A stretch of 64,000 nt of DNA from the human T2T-CHM13v2.0 reference genome, Homo sapiens. Within the stretch, counting starts at the first letter, position 1, and each line of letters starts with the position of its first letter. Under the pieces are notes generated by a model. The model made no database searches and had not been told where the DNA came from. It saw nothing but the letters and a program-made list of their open reading frames with translations. The DNA is taken from assembly GCF_009914755.1 (NCBI RefSeq), contig NC_060931.1; one strand, 5' to 3'. Below, piece by piece: positions 13,966 to 29,795 of the stretch. The position numbers and the translations under genes are program-made.

Positions 13966-14273
13966 TTTTCTTTCTTTTTTTTTTTTTTTTTGAGATGGAG
14001 TCTTGCTCTGTTGCCCAGGTTGGAGTGCAGTTGTGCGATCCCAGCTCACTGCAATATCCATCTCCTGTGTTCAAATGATTCTCCTGCCCCAGACTCCAGA
14101 GTAGCTGGAATTACAGGTGCTTGCCACCATGCCTGGCTAATTTTTGTATTTTTAGTAGAGATGGGGTTTCACCATGTTAGCCAGGCTGGTCACGAACTCC
14201 TGACCTCAAGTGATCTGCCTGCCCTGGCCTCCCAAAGTGCTGAGATTACAGGTGTGAGCCACTACGCCAGGCC
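13966..14273 (-). mobile_element. AluS
   Basis: Poly-T followed by an antisense Alu dimer. Confidence 0.95.
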
Positions 14274-15685
14274 AGCACAGGTCTTTCTTATACCAGTTAT
14301 ATATAACGCTTAGAATTTGTTCTTTTTAAAATCTATTTAGCTCTTCAGTTATATATGAAGTAATATAAAACCTGATCTTCAACATGTGTAGGTAGTTCTT
14401 TTTCAACTTTATATTTAATTGAATAACTTTTTAACTTGATAATGGTCTTGCCTATAAGACAGTTCATTTTAAGTGACACCCTTATTTTTAGAACAGACCT
14501 TTAGATTCAGGTAATCAGTGATGCCATATAGCATTGTTCTCTAATCCTTTTTTGTCATAAAAGCCTTAAAGTAAATAATTTTGGCTTTTCTTGATATTAT
14601 TTTTAATTTCATTTTGAGTATATTCAATGGTAACATTTCCTATAAGTATGCAAGTAATACATTTTTATTGGGGAAAATAAAAATCACTCATAATCCTCTT
14701 GTCTTAATATCTCTCTATTACTTTCACCAGGCTACTGTGAAATTTTCTTTCTTTATTCTCCAAGGGCCTTTGCAGGCAACCAGAAAAAGAAAATACTCGC
14801 TTAAAATTGTGGTTATAACTTAAACTTCAGGGGTGTGTATGTGTGTTTTGGTCTCTATTAGAATGGGTGGAGAAGAGTCTGAACTCTGAATACCCCTGCC
14901 TTAATGACCCTCGAGGGCTGTTTTAATTGTTTCTCCTGCTGTTCTAAGCTTCACTTAATTTCATATGACTATTTTTGAATGCGACATGCAAAATCTCTAG
15001 TTAATACTATTTGGCAATGAGTAGTACTTGGGGACTCCTCAGAGCCTCATGGTGGTGAATCAGTGATGTGATTTTTTTGGTGCATCTCATTTCACTGCTT
15101 TGGAGATGCTTTTTTCATGAGAGTGGAAACTTGACTTTTCTTGTGTGATCCTGGGTGTGTATGCCTCTGTTAGAGAAAGAGGGGGCATTTATGACTCTGC
15201 TCAAGAAACAGAAACAGAATGCTTTAAACACATCTTTGGACCAAGAGGCTTGAAATGCTGTAAAGTTGAGCATCTGATTTATCTGCTTTTCTTTAATCCT
15301 AGCTCATGCAATGATTCATTCTCATCGCGATGCTGTATATGGCTTTTAAAACAGAAGATGAGGAATGAATGGGTTTGACTTTGATTTTTAGATACAGTAT
15401 GATATGTAGTATGTAAGAATTAGCAAGAGTGTAATAAGTAATCAAAGACTGAGGAAAAGTGATAATATCAAGAAGTATATCCATTTCTTTTCTGCTTTTC
15501 TAAAACAGTTTCTGTGGGAAAAAAAAGCTACTACAGATAAAAATCTATTTGAAATGGCAACTTGACCTCAGAATGAGAAAATTTGATTTCTCTAGAAATG
15601 TGAAATACAGGTTTTTCAAAGACCTCAGTAATGTGTTTCTCCAGACAAGTGTGCTTGAAAGTAGGACCAGAGAAAAACGAAAATA

Positions 15686-15888
15686 CCTCCTCCTCCCCCT
15701 CCCCCTTCCCCTCCCCCTTCCCCTCCCCCTTTCTCCTCCTCCTCTTCTCATTTTCCTTCTCCTCCTCCTCTCCTTTTCCTTCTCCTCCTCCTCTCCTCTC
15801 CTCCTCTTCTCCTTCTCCTCTTCCTCCTCCTCTTTCTCCCCCCCACCCTTCTCCTACCTGGCTTCCTCCTTCCCCTTTTCTTCCTTCT
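15686..15888. repeat. About 200-bp C/T-rich low-complexity tract
   Basis: Almost entirely pyrimidine on the + strand, with CCCCT/CCT/CTT units. Confidence 0.95.
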
Positions 15889-17529
15889 TAGTTTTTGTTA
15901 TTTGGTGTTTGTTTGCCTTCACAGAATTCCTTTCTTCATAGTTTTCAGTGTATGTGGGTATTATATGGTACATGTGGCATTATATGGTACATGTGGGTAT
16001 TATGTTTATGTATAAAAACTCATAGAGAACTAATTAACATAGTAGGTTTCAAATCTCAGTATGTGTGAAAAATCAATCTGAAAAACTCATAAGGATCTAC
16101 ATTTACTTATTTTTTATGAAACTATCCCATCTCATCAAACACGGCCCTTCTCTAGTAATTTCAAGAGTATGTGTAAACAACTACTTTTTACCTCTGTGGA
16201 TGACTTGGAGATTTTTCCTGTGCTTTGCCTTCTTTTGATGTGTTTGGAGTTCTTCCATTCCTGGTCCTTGATAACTTTGCCTTACTTTTGTTTAGAATTT
16301 TTCCTTCTTTCATCATTCATTTTGGTTGCTTGGTACTTTCCTGTCTTCTCTGTTAGCTGGTAATCTCCTCAAGGGCTGTATGCATGTTATTTCTTGCTCC
16401 ACCTGGAACAATTCCTTGCATCTAGGAAGTATTTCTCTTCAAAGTCCTGAGAAGTATACAACCCATAGCCCTAAAACTCCAGAAGGTTAATGTATTAAAA
16501 TGGATGATTAAAGTCTCTCAAAACCGAACAATCAAACATCAAAGCAGATAAGCACAAGTCATCTCAATGAGAGAAGTGGAAGAATTAGAAACCGAGTGTG
16601 AGCTCGGCTTTAAAGTTCACACACACAGGGGTCATGGGGATAGAAAGGTCACAGAAGAAGTGCAAGCACTCACCTCCTGATATCATTGTTTCCAGGGAGA
16701 GTTAGTTTCAGGCATGAAAGTGCAGAACAAATGTAGATGTGAATTAAATTAACAAATGTCTTAGGACATTTGATAGTACTTTGGTTCTCTTTGGAGTTCT
16801 GATTGAAGACTTGAGATGACTGTTGCACAGAATTTTAAAGAAATTTGGAGTTGAAACTGTTTCATCACTGTCCGTGATCTTTGAGGATCTATGAAAAATT
16901 GGAGAGGCATTAGCAGTCTTGAGATGTCCAAACCTTTACAGAAGACGATAAATCTATGAACCAGAACCGAAGGAAATGGTGTGACATTCCCCTTGCACGC
17001 TCTTCTTGTTCCCCCTTCTCTAATGAAAATACTGTTCCGATGGTTTCTCAACAATTAGAAAGCAAAATAGTGACACGAAGTTAGTTAAAAAAAAAAAAAA
17101 AAGTCATACTTAAATAACCTTAATTCCTTGTTTGGATCAGATTTTTAAGCTAGTAGACTTGCAGAACACTGTAGCTATTATATATCTGCTTATTTTAAAA
17201 ATGTTGCTAAATGTTCCCAGTTATGTTCTGGTAGATAAGAGGATCATAGGCAGTTGGATGATGTGCTGTTGCTGGTGGTGGATCTAAAACAGGCTGTTCA
17301 GCTATACCTGAGAGTAGTAAGTTTTCCAGTAAGGTGCTGTTTCAGTATCTCTTTTACGTGGTAAGGACTTGGCTCATTTGTTTACCACTGAGCTTTCAAC
17401 TATGAGGACACTCAAAATAGTTGAAAAACTTTTGAATGTTTATAGTAAAAAGGCGACTTCAGTTTTGGAGAGACCAGGCAAAGGAAGAGAGGCAGTGAGA
17501 AGCTGGTGTTGGAACCTGAAGGTTTAACA

Positions 17530-17693
17530 CAATGATTTTCAGTCCTGGTTGCACGTTAGAATCACTGCGGGTGTTTTTACAAATACAGATGCTAGGACTT
17601 TACCCCACACCAGTTAAATCAGGGGCAGAGCTAGGCATTGTTGTTTCAAATCTCCTCTGGTGATTCTGATATGTAGCCAAGGTTGAGGACCTG
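17530..17693. mobile_element. MER5A/B (hAT-Charlie)
   Basis: ggttgcacgttagaatcac...ggtgattctgatatgtagccaaggttgaggacc is typical of the quasi-palindromic MER5. Confidence 0.75.
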
Positions 17694-18129
17694 TACCTTG
17701 TCATCTGTGCAGCTGCAAAAGCTCGGCCCATCCCTCTCCATGCTTTGCCTAGTGCACATAGGGGCAGCTGTGCCAAGCAGCAGCCAAAACAGTAGCCTCT
17801 ATTCCACTGCTTCCAAGAGACTGCCAGGATGGAATCCTCTGTGCCTCACATCACTGTGTCATATCCCAGGCACTATCCAAAGTAAAAAAACTCCCTGATC
17901 ATCCACTATGCCTCAGACTGCACCCTCATATTTCTTCTTCCCTTTTGTTTTTAACCATTTGCAAGTATCATGTTTCTTAATGTGTGCCCCACACTGTCCC
18001 TTTCCTCCATCCTTTAGGCTCTTTCCATGTGTTCTAGATATAGAACATCATTCTCTGATCAGGAAATTCCTACATATTTTCTACCTCTTCTCTGAGTGTT
18101 TACTTCTGCTTTAACAGAAAACTGGCTGT

Positions 18130-18870
18130 CTCTTGCAGTCCCCCAAGTAACTCATAAATTTATATGTCTGGCCTAGATTTTTCTACTGAGATCCAGACTC
18201 ATAAATACCAATGCTTCCTTTATGTCTCCAGTTGGATGTTCCCAGACTAAGATCTTTTTCCCAAGCAGAACTCTTGATACATTTTGTCTAAATCTTTCAT
18301 CCTTTAATTTCACTCATTTCAGTAAATGATACCTACATCCACTTAGATGCTAAAATCAGGAAGTAATGGAGTCATCCTTTATAATTTCCGTATCCCAATT
18401 CAGTTTATCCTAACAGCCTGTTTGTTCTGTCTTCAAAATACCATTTTCCTTTTTTCCCATTGCTCTTACCAGTACCCTGGTGAGAATAGCCACCAAGTTT
18501 CACCCAGAGCCCCACAACAGCTTTCTGACTGCCCTTCCGGCTCCCACTGTGTGCTCCTGCAGGAATTCTCCACACCATAGCGAGTGAGCTGCAGACACAG
18601 AAGTTAATCATGCTGTTACCCTTCTTAAGATCTTTCAGTGTTTTTTGTATCAGTCCTTTATGCAGCCCAGAAGGCCCTTCGTGATCTGGCTCCTGTCCTC
18701 TCTAGTTCTTCCACCCACACCTCACTAGCTCTATCCTTCTTCCCCCATTTTTTCTTTCCCTTCCTCCTTCTCTTCTTTATTTTTGTTTAACACATCACAT
18801 TCTCACCCTCTGAGCTTTTGTGCAGGTTGTTCCATCTGCCTGGAATGTTCTTGGTTTATTCTTTTATCTT
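18130..18870 (+). mobile_element. L2 fragment
   Basis: ctccagttggatgttcc..., ggagtcatcctt..., gttccatctgcctggaatgttct are L2 motifs. Boundaries approximate. Confidence 0.65.
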
Positions 18871-18916
18871 CCTTTTTTCAGCTTAATCCTTTCCTGTGGA
18901 ATGTAAAAATTGACCG

Positions 18917-19030
18917 ACCTTCCTTCCTTCCTTCCTTCCTTCCTTCCTTCCTTCCTTCCTTCCTTCCTTCCTTCTTTTCTCTCTCCTCTCTCTTTTCTCT
19001 CTTTCTTTTCTTTCTCTCTTCTTTTCTCTT
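18917..19030. repeat. (CCTT)n microsatellite and CT-rich tail
   Basis: About 14 perfect CCTT units from 18918, probably derived from the tail of the adjacent antisense Alu. Confidence 0.95.
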
Positions 19031-19035
19031 TTTTA

Positions 19036-19589
<554 letters not shown>

Positions 19590-19649
19590 ATTTCTTTTAT
19601 ATAGCGTGCTGAGATTTTCCCTTATCACATTTATACCAATGCATATTGT

Positions 19650-20470
19650 ATTCTTTAAAAAAGAACTTATTATAGAAAATAACTAGTAGAGAGCATAGTC
19701 ATAAACTTCCATGAAGCCATCACCCATCTTCAAACATGGGCAACTCATGACTGATCATATTTCATCTATATTCATTCCCTGCAATTATTTTGAAAGAAAA
19801 CCCCGGACCTTATATTACTTTATATTAGATTTATTTTTTGAAAGATAAGCATTGTGTTTTAAAACACATGACAATACTATATGATAACATGTAAAAAGTT
19901 AAATGTTCCTTAATATCAACTATACAGTATTAAAATACACTTTGTTTGAATCCAGAAAAATTGAGTCTATACATTGCAATGAATTGCAGTTACATGTCAA
20001 TCTTTTAGTCCATGGGTTACCCCTACCATGACTTTTTTCCCCTTGAAGTTGATTTGTTGAAGAAACAGATTAATTTCTCCTATAGAGCTTTAGAAGTCTG
20101 GATTTTCCTTATTGTTTCCTAATGGTGTTATTTAACTTGTTCCCTTATGCCTTTTAAATAAGTAGTTAGATTTAGACTTGGTCAGAATCTAACTGTTGAT
20201 AATCTACTAAGTGATTATGGTTAGCAAAATGGTGATATTCAAATTCTGTCTTTCCGTTTTCATTTGTTACATGCAGTGGATCTATAGAGAAACTTCCTCA
20301 AATCAACTACAATATTTAATTATACTGAGGTACAGTGTATATGAAAGGGTATGAAAGGGAAGGAAAATGTTTGATATATTCTGTATTTAGAAAGTTTTAA
20401 AGTAATGAAATGATTCTGTAATACCCTCCAAAATGACCAATTAGGTTTTTTATTTCATTTTAAAACTTAT
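19650..20470 (-). mobile_element. Old L1MC/L1ME 3' region
   Basis: Degenerate similarity to ancient L1 3' UTR; continues after the L1PA to about 22650. Confidence 0.5.
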
Positions 20471-20477
20471 AAATTTA

Positions 20478-22524
<2,047 letters not shown>

Positions 22525-23410
22525 TTAAACATACTTTATATCTTTAAATTGCAGGTATTATTTTACTAATGCACAAGTTGTCTAATTTGACAAATGGGAG
22601 CCTCTGGAATCTCTTTGACATGCCTCAGTCGTTTTTGTACTTAGATGTTCTGTGTCTGTTTCCTTGGCTAAACTATTGGCTCCTTAAATGGGGGGACTTG
22701 TCTATATTGTTTATCCTTCACTCCACACACAGGCTCATAGTCTCTCCATTAATATTTATTGAATAAGGGGTGGGATATTAAAATTTCATTAAGTGAAAGG
22801 CTGTCTTATAGAGGAAGACCTAGTTTAGTCTTTGTGGATTCAGATCTTGAATCAGAGAGTAAAACTCACAGGAAGCATTTTTGTCTCAACATAAGGAGGA
22901 AATAAATAATTTGAATTTTTATAGAGGAGTTGGGGTTCCATGAAAATGTTTTAGGGACTACTTTGATCCAGGCAGTGAGAGTACAAGGATAGACTATCAA
23001 GCCAGTGAGGATCTTTTTGTCTCCTTGGGAGCCTGGATGATTACTGAGGTTACTTTTAATTGCAAGATGATAAGACCCTAAAATCCTTGGTTGACAGATT
23101 TTATTTTTAGAAAGGTGCAAATTTGGGTGGTTTAAAATTGCTGAAATGTACATAATTTTTTCCTATGAACTTTATATGCCACTCTAATATTATGTTTCTA
23201 AATATTATGAGTTTGTATATTTGATAAAGCATTGATAATGATTAATCATGCTTTAGTAGCAATCAATTCTTTTTATAGGTAATAATTGTTGATTGAATAT
23301 GCCCTTCCCTCATTTCATTAAATCTTTTTGCATTGTTAGTCACATCCTAATAAATAGCTGTTATACTATTGTTTTATTAATCTTTGGGTTTTATTCAAAA
23401 AGAAATTAAT

Positions 23411-24639
23411 GTGTCCATTTTTGCTTTGGTTGGTTGTACTTTTGAGGTTTTACTGAAGAACTATTTGCCCAACCAATGTTCTGAAGCATTTCCCAATGTT
23501 TTCTTTTAGTAGTAAGCGTCTACAAGCAAACAATCAACAAAGTGAAGAGACAGCCTACAGAATGGGAGAAAATACTTGCAAACTGTTCAGCAGACAAGGG
23601 ATTAATAACCAGAATACATAAGGAACTCAAACAAATAGCAAAAACAAAAATCCCCCCAAACCCCTAAAGATTGATTAAAAAATGGGCAAAACATTTGAAT
23701 AGACATTTCTCAAAAGAAGAGATATGCATGTTCAACAGGTGTATGAAAAAATGCTCAACATCATTAAAAATCTGAGAAATACAAATCAAAACCATAGTGA
23801 GATATCATCTCACCCCAGTTAAAATGGCTTTTATCTGAAAGACAGGCAATAACAAATAGCGATGAGGATATGGAGAAAGGGGAACACTTGTATGCTGTTG
23901 GTGGGAATGTAAATTAGTACAGCTGCTATAGAGAATACTGTGGAGGAGCGTCAAAAAACTAGAACTACCATATCATCCAGCAGTCCCACTCCTGGGTGTA
24001 TCTATCCAAAGGAAAGGAAATCAATATGTGGAAGAGATACCTGCACCCCCATGTTTATTGCAGCACTGTTCACAATAGTCAAGGTATGGAATCAGCTTAC
24101 AAGTGTCCGTCAGTGGATGAATGGATGAGGAAAATGTGATAGATAATACACAATAGAATATTATTCAGCCATAAAAAATAATTAGATATTGTCACTTGCA
24201 ACATGGGTGGAACGGGAGGACATTAACTTCGTAAATAAGCCAAGCACTAAGACAAATAGCACATGTTCTCAGTCATATATGGGAACTAAAAAATTGTTCT
24301 CATGGAGGTAGAGTAGAATGATGGTTACTGGAGGTTGACAAGGGTCGTGGAGAGATGGAGGATAAAGAGGGGTTGATTAATAGGCACAAAAACACAGATA
24401 GAAGGAATAAGACCATTTGGTAGCACAATAGGATGACTATAGTTAACAATAATTTATTGCATATTTCAAAATAGCTGGAGGAGTGGATATGGAAAGTTCT
24501 CAACAAAAAGAAATGATAAATGGTTGAGGTGGTGGATGCCTCAATTACCATAATTTGATCATTACACTTTATATGTTTATATCAATAGCATATGTACCCT
24601 GTAAATATGTACAACTATTATGTATCCATAAGTTTTTTT
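23411..24639 (+). mobile_element. L1MA with an inverted 5' segment (twin priming)
   Basis: 23411-23513 is antisense L1 ORF2 and 23514-24639 is sense ORF2 end plus 3' UTR. Perfect 14-bp TSD aaaaagaaattaat (23397-410 and 24640-53). Confidence 0.9.
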
Positions 24640-25609
24640 AAAAAGAAATTAATTTAAGACAAACTAGTTTTAGTCTTCTTCCACTTCTCTCTGTATTACT
24701 TTGATATAGATTATGACAAGGTGTAATTACTGACAGTTTACCTTGAAATTTTAATTTATTTTTCTGGAATAAAGTATTGTAGTTAGCACTTTTAGGATAT
24801 TCCTGAAGAGTAAATGTTAAACAGTGTTGAGATGACTTCTTATTCACACCTGAATCAGAATTGAATTTAGATGACAGTAACAATGTCATGAATATTTAGT
24901 TAAGTTTAATTTTTGAAATATGTATGTAATACAGTATAGTGAGCATTTTAACTAGCATATAAAGAGGGAATTAATAAATGAAACACTATTAATATAACTT
25001 TAAAAATATTTTTAATAACTTTGCCAAAAATCTGTAAATTCTTCTGAAAATATTGTCCTTGCCCTACTCCAGCATTCTACTGTCACTCCCTCCAAAGTAT
25101 CTACATTTCCTTCTATTGCTTCTAGACCAATACCGCAAGGAAACGAGCATTGTATATGTCTGCACTTGGTATTATTTTCCTTCGCAGTTTCTCTTGAGAC
25201 AAAATCATAATGGAAGAGAGAAGCAGAATATATTAAATTTCCCAGATTATATTAAATTTATTTTGGGTATATTGCTTTAATTTCCTTCATATCTTGTAGA
25301 CATAATTTCTTCTAGGTGTTAGCACATGGACACTGTTTTCAGAGATGACACAGATAATATTTGTAATTTTGTTTTCTTGTGCTAAGATAGTCTATTAATT
25401 TGAAGTAACTAATGGAATAGAAGACCTTTAGGCTTTCTTTGAGAATTTTTTTCCATAAGGAAGTTCTCTTTAAGCATCATCTTTTGAAACTGGAAAATGT
25501 ACTTTGAGCTAAGTGGGGAGTTTTCCTTTATTGTTTTTGCAGAACATTAAATGAACAAATGAATGGGTGAAAAAATAAATAGGCTGTTTTCTTTATTGAT
25601 AACTTCTCT

Positions 25610-25890
<281 letters not shown>

Positions 25891-26709
25891 CTAGACCTTG
25901 CTTTACTCCCACAAGAAAATTTTATATTTACAAATTTAGGGCACACAGATGTGTGGACAGAGTTTCTGAAATTGACAGATTTGGATTTGTGCTTTGTGCT
26001 TAGAAACAGTTTGAAAGTTGGATCCCCTTTCAGCCTGGCTCTACCTGGCTACCCAGTATCCCCATGTCCTGTGCATGGAGATATTCTCCCCACTCCTGCC
26101 CAGTGCAGTTCTTCCTGGTACGGCACTTTGGAGTTCATGCCGCCTGATGGGCAGACTAAAGCAATGAGTCATGGCTCCTTTGGGCTAAGCTGGGAATGAC
26201 AGTTATTGGAAAAATAAGAGAATAAGCATAAAGAATCTCTGAAATAAAATGGCTCTCTATACAGCTTAAAGCAACTACAGGCAAATTTGGCAGTAACTGC
26301 AATAGAACATTCTGTGGTAATATTAGCACAATTTAGAGCCCTTTTTATTTACCTGAATTAACGTCTCCACTGGCAATCAAGCCCTGATTGCCTTCTATTC
26401 ATTAGCCTTTGATTTAATTAATAAGACTTGTTGAAGAGGGATCTTCAATGTTTTTCTGTAAACAGCTCTAATTTATTGATTCAATTTGAATTTTGTGATT
26501 ATTTCAAGTTATTTAAATCAACGTTTGAATTATATGTTTGAAGTTTTCATAAAATAGGTTAAATCCACAAGATAATTAGAAGACACAATGTTCATTTTGT
26601 TTTTCATACAGTAATATATCTTTTTGATATCTTTAAAAATTTCCATTTTGTAAATGAGTTAGTAACTTAGACTGTCAAATATTTCAGGTCATATTAAACT
26701 TTAAAATAA

Positions 26710-27020
26710 GGCTGGACACAGTGGTTCACACCTTAATCCCAGCACTTTAGGAGGGTGAGGCAAGAGGATCACTTGAGCCCAGGAGTTCAAGACTATCCTG
26801 GGCAACATAGTGAGACCTTTTCTCTAAAATTTTTTTTTTTAAATTAGCCTGACGTGATGGCATGGCTCTGTAGTCTCAGCTACTCTGGAGGCTGAGGTAG
26901 GAGAATCTCTTGAGCCCCGGAGATGGAGGCTGGAGGCTGCAGTGAGCCATGATCATGCCACTGCACTTCAGCCTGGACAACAGAGTGAGACCCTGTCTCC
27001 AAAAAAAAAAAAAAAAAAAA
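26710..27020 (+). mobile_element. AluJ
   Basis: ggatcacttgagcccaggagttcaag, gagccatgatcatgcc; TSD-like tttaaaata on both sides. Confidence 0.92.
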
Positions 27021-28929
27021 GGTTTAAAATATACATGAACAAAAGGTAGACTATTAAAAAATTTCTTAACGTTATTTTTTCCACAGCTGTCTTTTCTAAA
27101 AGTAGACCCAGTGACTTAACATTTTTACCAGGCTTTAGAACTGAGAGACTCAGTAGTTGTTGAGTGTTGAGACACGTAGATAAAAAGTAATTAAGAAAGG
27201 AGAAAGTCACAATGACTCTTAGGTTAAAGAGCAATTTGATAATCAATGTAATTCTTAATGAGAAACCAATGAAGCAGTCGTAGAAAAGGGAGATGCTGAT
27301 TAGTGGTCTTTGCTCAGATTATTAAAGATTAGTAAGGTTAGTGAGTGTTTTGAAACATGTCTGCTGGATGCAAAAAGGTTAATTAACAAAGCATTCTACA
27401 AATTCTTAAGGAATATAAAAAACTTAAAGGAAATAAAAACTTTTCTATATGTAGATGCAGTAAACATAAAGAGACCACACCTTTTATTTATAAAAAGAAA
27501 ATAAACATTTAAACCTAACATGAAAGATGTTGAAAACTTTATAAAATGTTGGTATTTTTGAAATTTTTGGAAATAATACTTTTAGTAATTTATTCTGGAC
27601 TTATTTTGCAGGTATGATGAGGAAAATGTTAGTATACTATTATAACAGCATTAATATTCACCCAGTGAAATCTACTCTGTGCCAAGAAGGTCCTAGATAC
27701 TGAGCACATATCAGTTGATAAAACAGAAAAAGTCCCCTTCATTTCTGGAACTTATGGTGTAGTATATATTTTAAGGAAATTTTAGTTTGAAGTGATGTAA
27801 TACATAAAATCTCAGTGTCATGAACTGTTGAGATGATCATAACTTATTAAAAACAAACACTTGGAGGTTCAATTCATGGAGAATTCAGAATATGAATTCC
27901 ATGAACCTAGGTCTTGTTTTTTTATGCAGTTACCATAGAAAATATTTTCAAAGACCTTTTTCACTATGAAAATAATACAAATTAGTCAGTGAAATTACTT
28001 AGGGGGAATCCATCTTTAGTTGCACTTAAAAAATGAGTGTTGATTCAATTAAAGGCTGGTGTCCTTTCAGTGTGTTACAAGGCAAACATAGTTTCATGCC
28101 TGAGAATGTACTTCAAGTACACAACCTACAGAAGCATGCGGTTCCTATATTCCAGAACTCAGTTCACAATACGTGATATATAAAAGTTAACGCTCTCAAG
28201 AGAAATGGAAAGCTCTGCGGGAAAAAGGTTGTGTGTGTGTTTTATGGGTGAGGGGAAAATATCTGTAAATGAGGGGAAAATTCCAAGCAGTTCCTGGAAT
28301 CAGTTACTGCCTCCTCAGGGAGCCAGTGATGAGCTCAACTGGGCTGAGAAAAATTCATGCAGTCATCAGCACTAACTGCATCCCAGCCTCAAGCCCTGCC
28401 AAAGTGCTTAGTCCTAAAAGACGAAGTGAAGAGTACAAGGTGCAGTCTCCAGCTGAACCCCATGTGCATAGTAATTTTTTTTGCCTGCATCTGGGTACCT
28501 AGAGCACAAACAGGATTAGAAAAATCAAGAAAATATACTCAGGAGAAGAAGTTGCAGAACAGAAAAGCAGCAGGCCTGTCCTGTCTGCTAAAGCAGAAGG
28601 AAAAAGAAACACAACTCCTGACCTTGAGGAGATGGTACGTTGTGGAGCCTTATAATCAGGTCTCCCTATCCCATTACTGTAACCAATAATAATGTATTTC
28701 CGCAATCAGTTCAATGAGAAATGCCACTAGGATGGTTCAACTATGATGAAGTCCTTGTTCTTTTGGGTTTTATGTCTATGGCAGTTTTTTGAGCGAAAGC
28801 AGACCAAATAGATGTAGGTTTAAAAAAGAGACATTCAAATTCTTTCAAACTCAGACACTGGATTCTCTGGCCCACATAAGTTCTCCTTTGCTAGTTCTTT
28901 AACCTCTAGAGATTTTTGGTAGCCATTTA

Positions 28930-29410
28930 AATTGCAACAAGAGACCATTTTTGACCTATTAAATTGGCAAAATCAGACACTGAGAACATATAGTGTAGGT
29001 GAAGGAGGAGAGGCAGGGGAGCTCTATTTGGTATAGGAAAGGATACCAAATATTTATATTGGTATCCTCTATGTAGGATGCTTCTCCAATATTCATCAGA
29101 ATTGGAGATCAGAAATGCACATACCTTTGACCTTGCAATGGCACTTTTAGGAATTTAACTTACAGACATATTTTTACAGGATGGAATTACACATACAAGA
29201 ATATTTATTACATCATTGTAGTAGCAAAATTTGGGAACAAGCTACATAGCTATCAACAGAGGACTGGGATTAAACTTAGTATGCTATACTCATACATAAG
29301 AACACCCTGTGGTTTTTGAAAGCAAAAGGCAGTTTTCTATGAATTTATGTCACCAAAATATGTTGTTAAGTGTAAACAATATAGAGTGTACTCTGTATTG
29401 TATACCACTA
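28930..29410 (+). mobile_element. Old L1ME fragment (end of ORF2 and 3' UTR)
   Basis: aaatgcacatacctttgacc..gcaat..cacttttaggaattta is a degenerate L1 motif. Confidence 0.6.
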
Positions 29411-29500
29411 TTTGTGTATGTGTGTATATTTATGTGTATATATATGTGTGATACATATATATGTAAGTCTATATATCTTGTACCTTTTACATTTTTAATA

Positions 29501-29795
29501 CAGTTGTCTCTCCATGTTTGAGGTTTCTGCATCTAGATTCAACCAAATTTGGATTGAAAATAATTGGGAAAAAAGACATAATATAACAATTAAAATGATA
29601 TGTGTAAAAAATACAGTATAACAACTATTTACATAGTGTTTATATTGTATTAGGTATTATAAGTACTCTAGAGATGATTTAAAGTATATGGGTGGTGGGC
29701 ACAGGTTTTATGCAAACACTACAGCATTTTGTGTAATAGACTTACACATCCTCAGACTTGGTATCAAAGGGGATCCTGGAACCAATCCACTGAGG
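29501..29795. mobile_element. MER2 (TcMar-Tigger)
   Basis: gattcaaccaa...acagtataacaactatttacatag...gtattaggtattataagta.tctagagatgatttaaagtata...cctggaaccaatcc. Confidence 0.8.

Noticed and set aside
15951-16005. Short imperfect tandem repeats (19-20 bp here; about 20 bp at 33425-33480)
   Set aside because: Only 2-3 copies and no spacers; ordinary slippage products.
29040-29068. 10-bp-arm hairpin aggataccaa...ttggtatcct
   Set aside because: Short, inside a degenerate L1, and compatible with chance or a small template switch; no function supportable.
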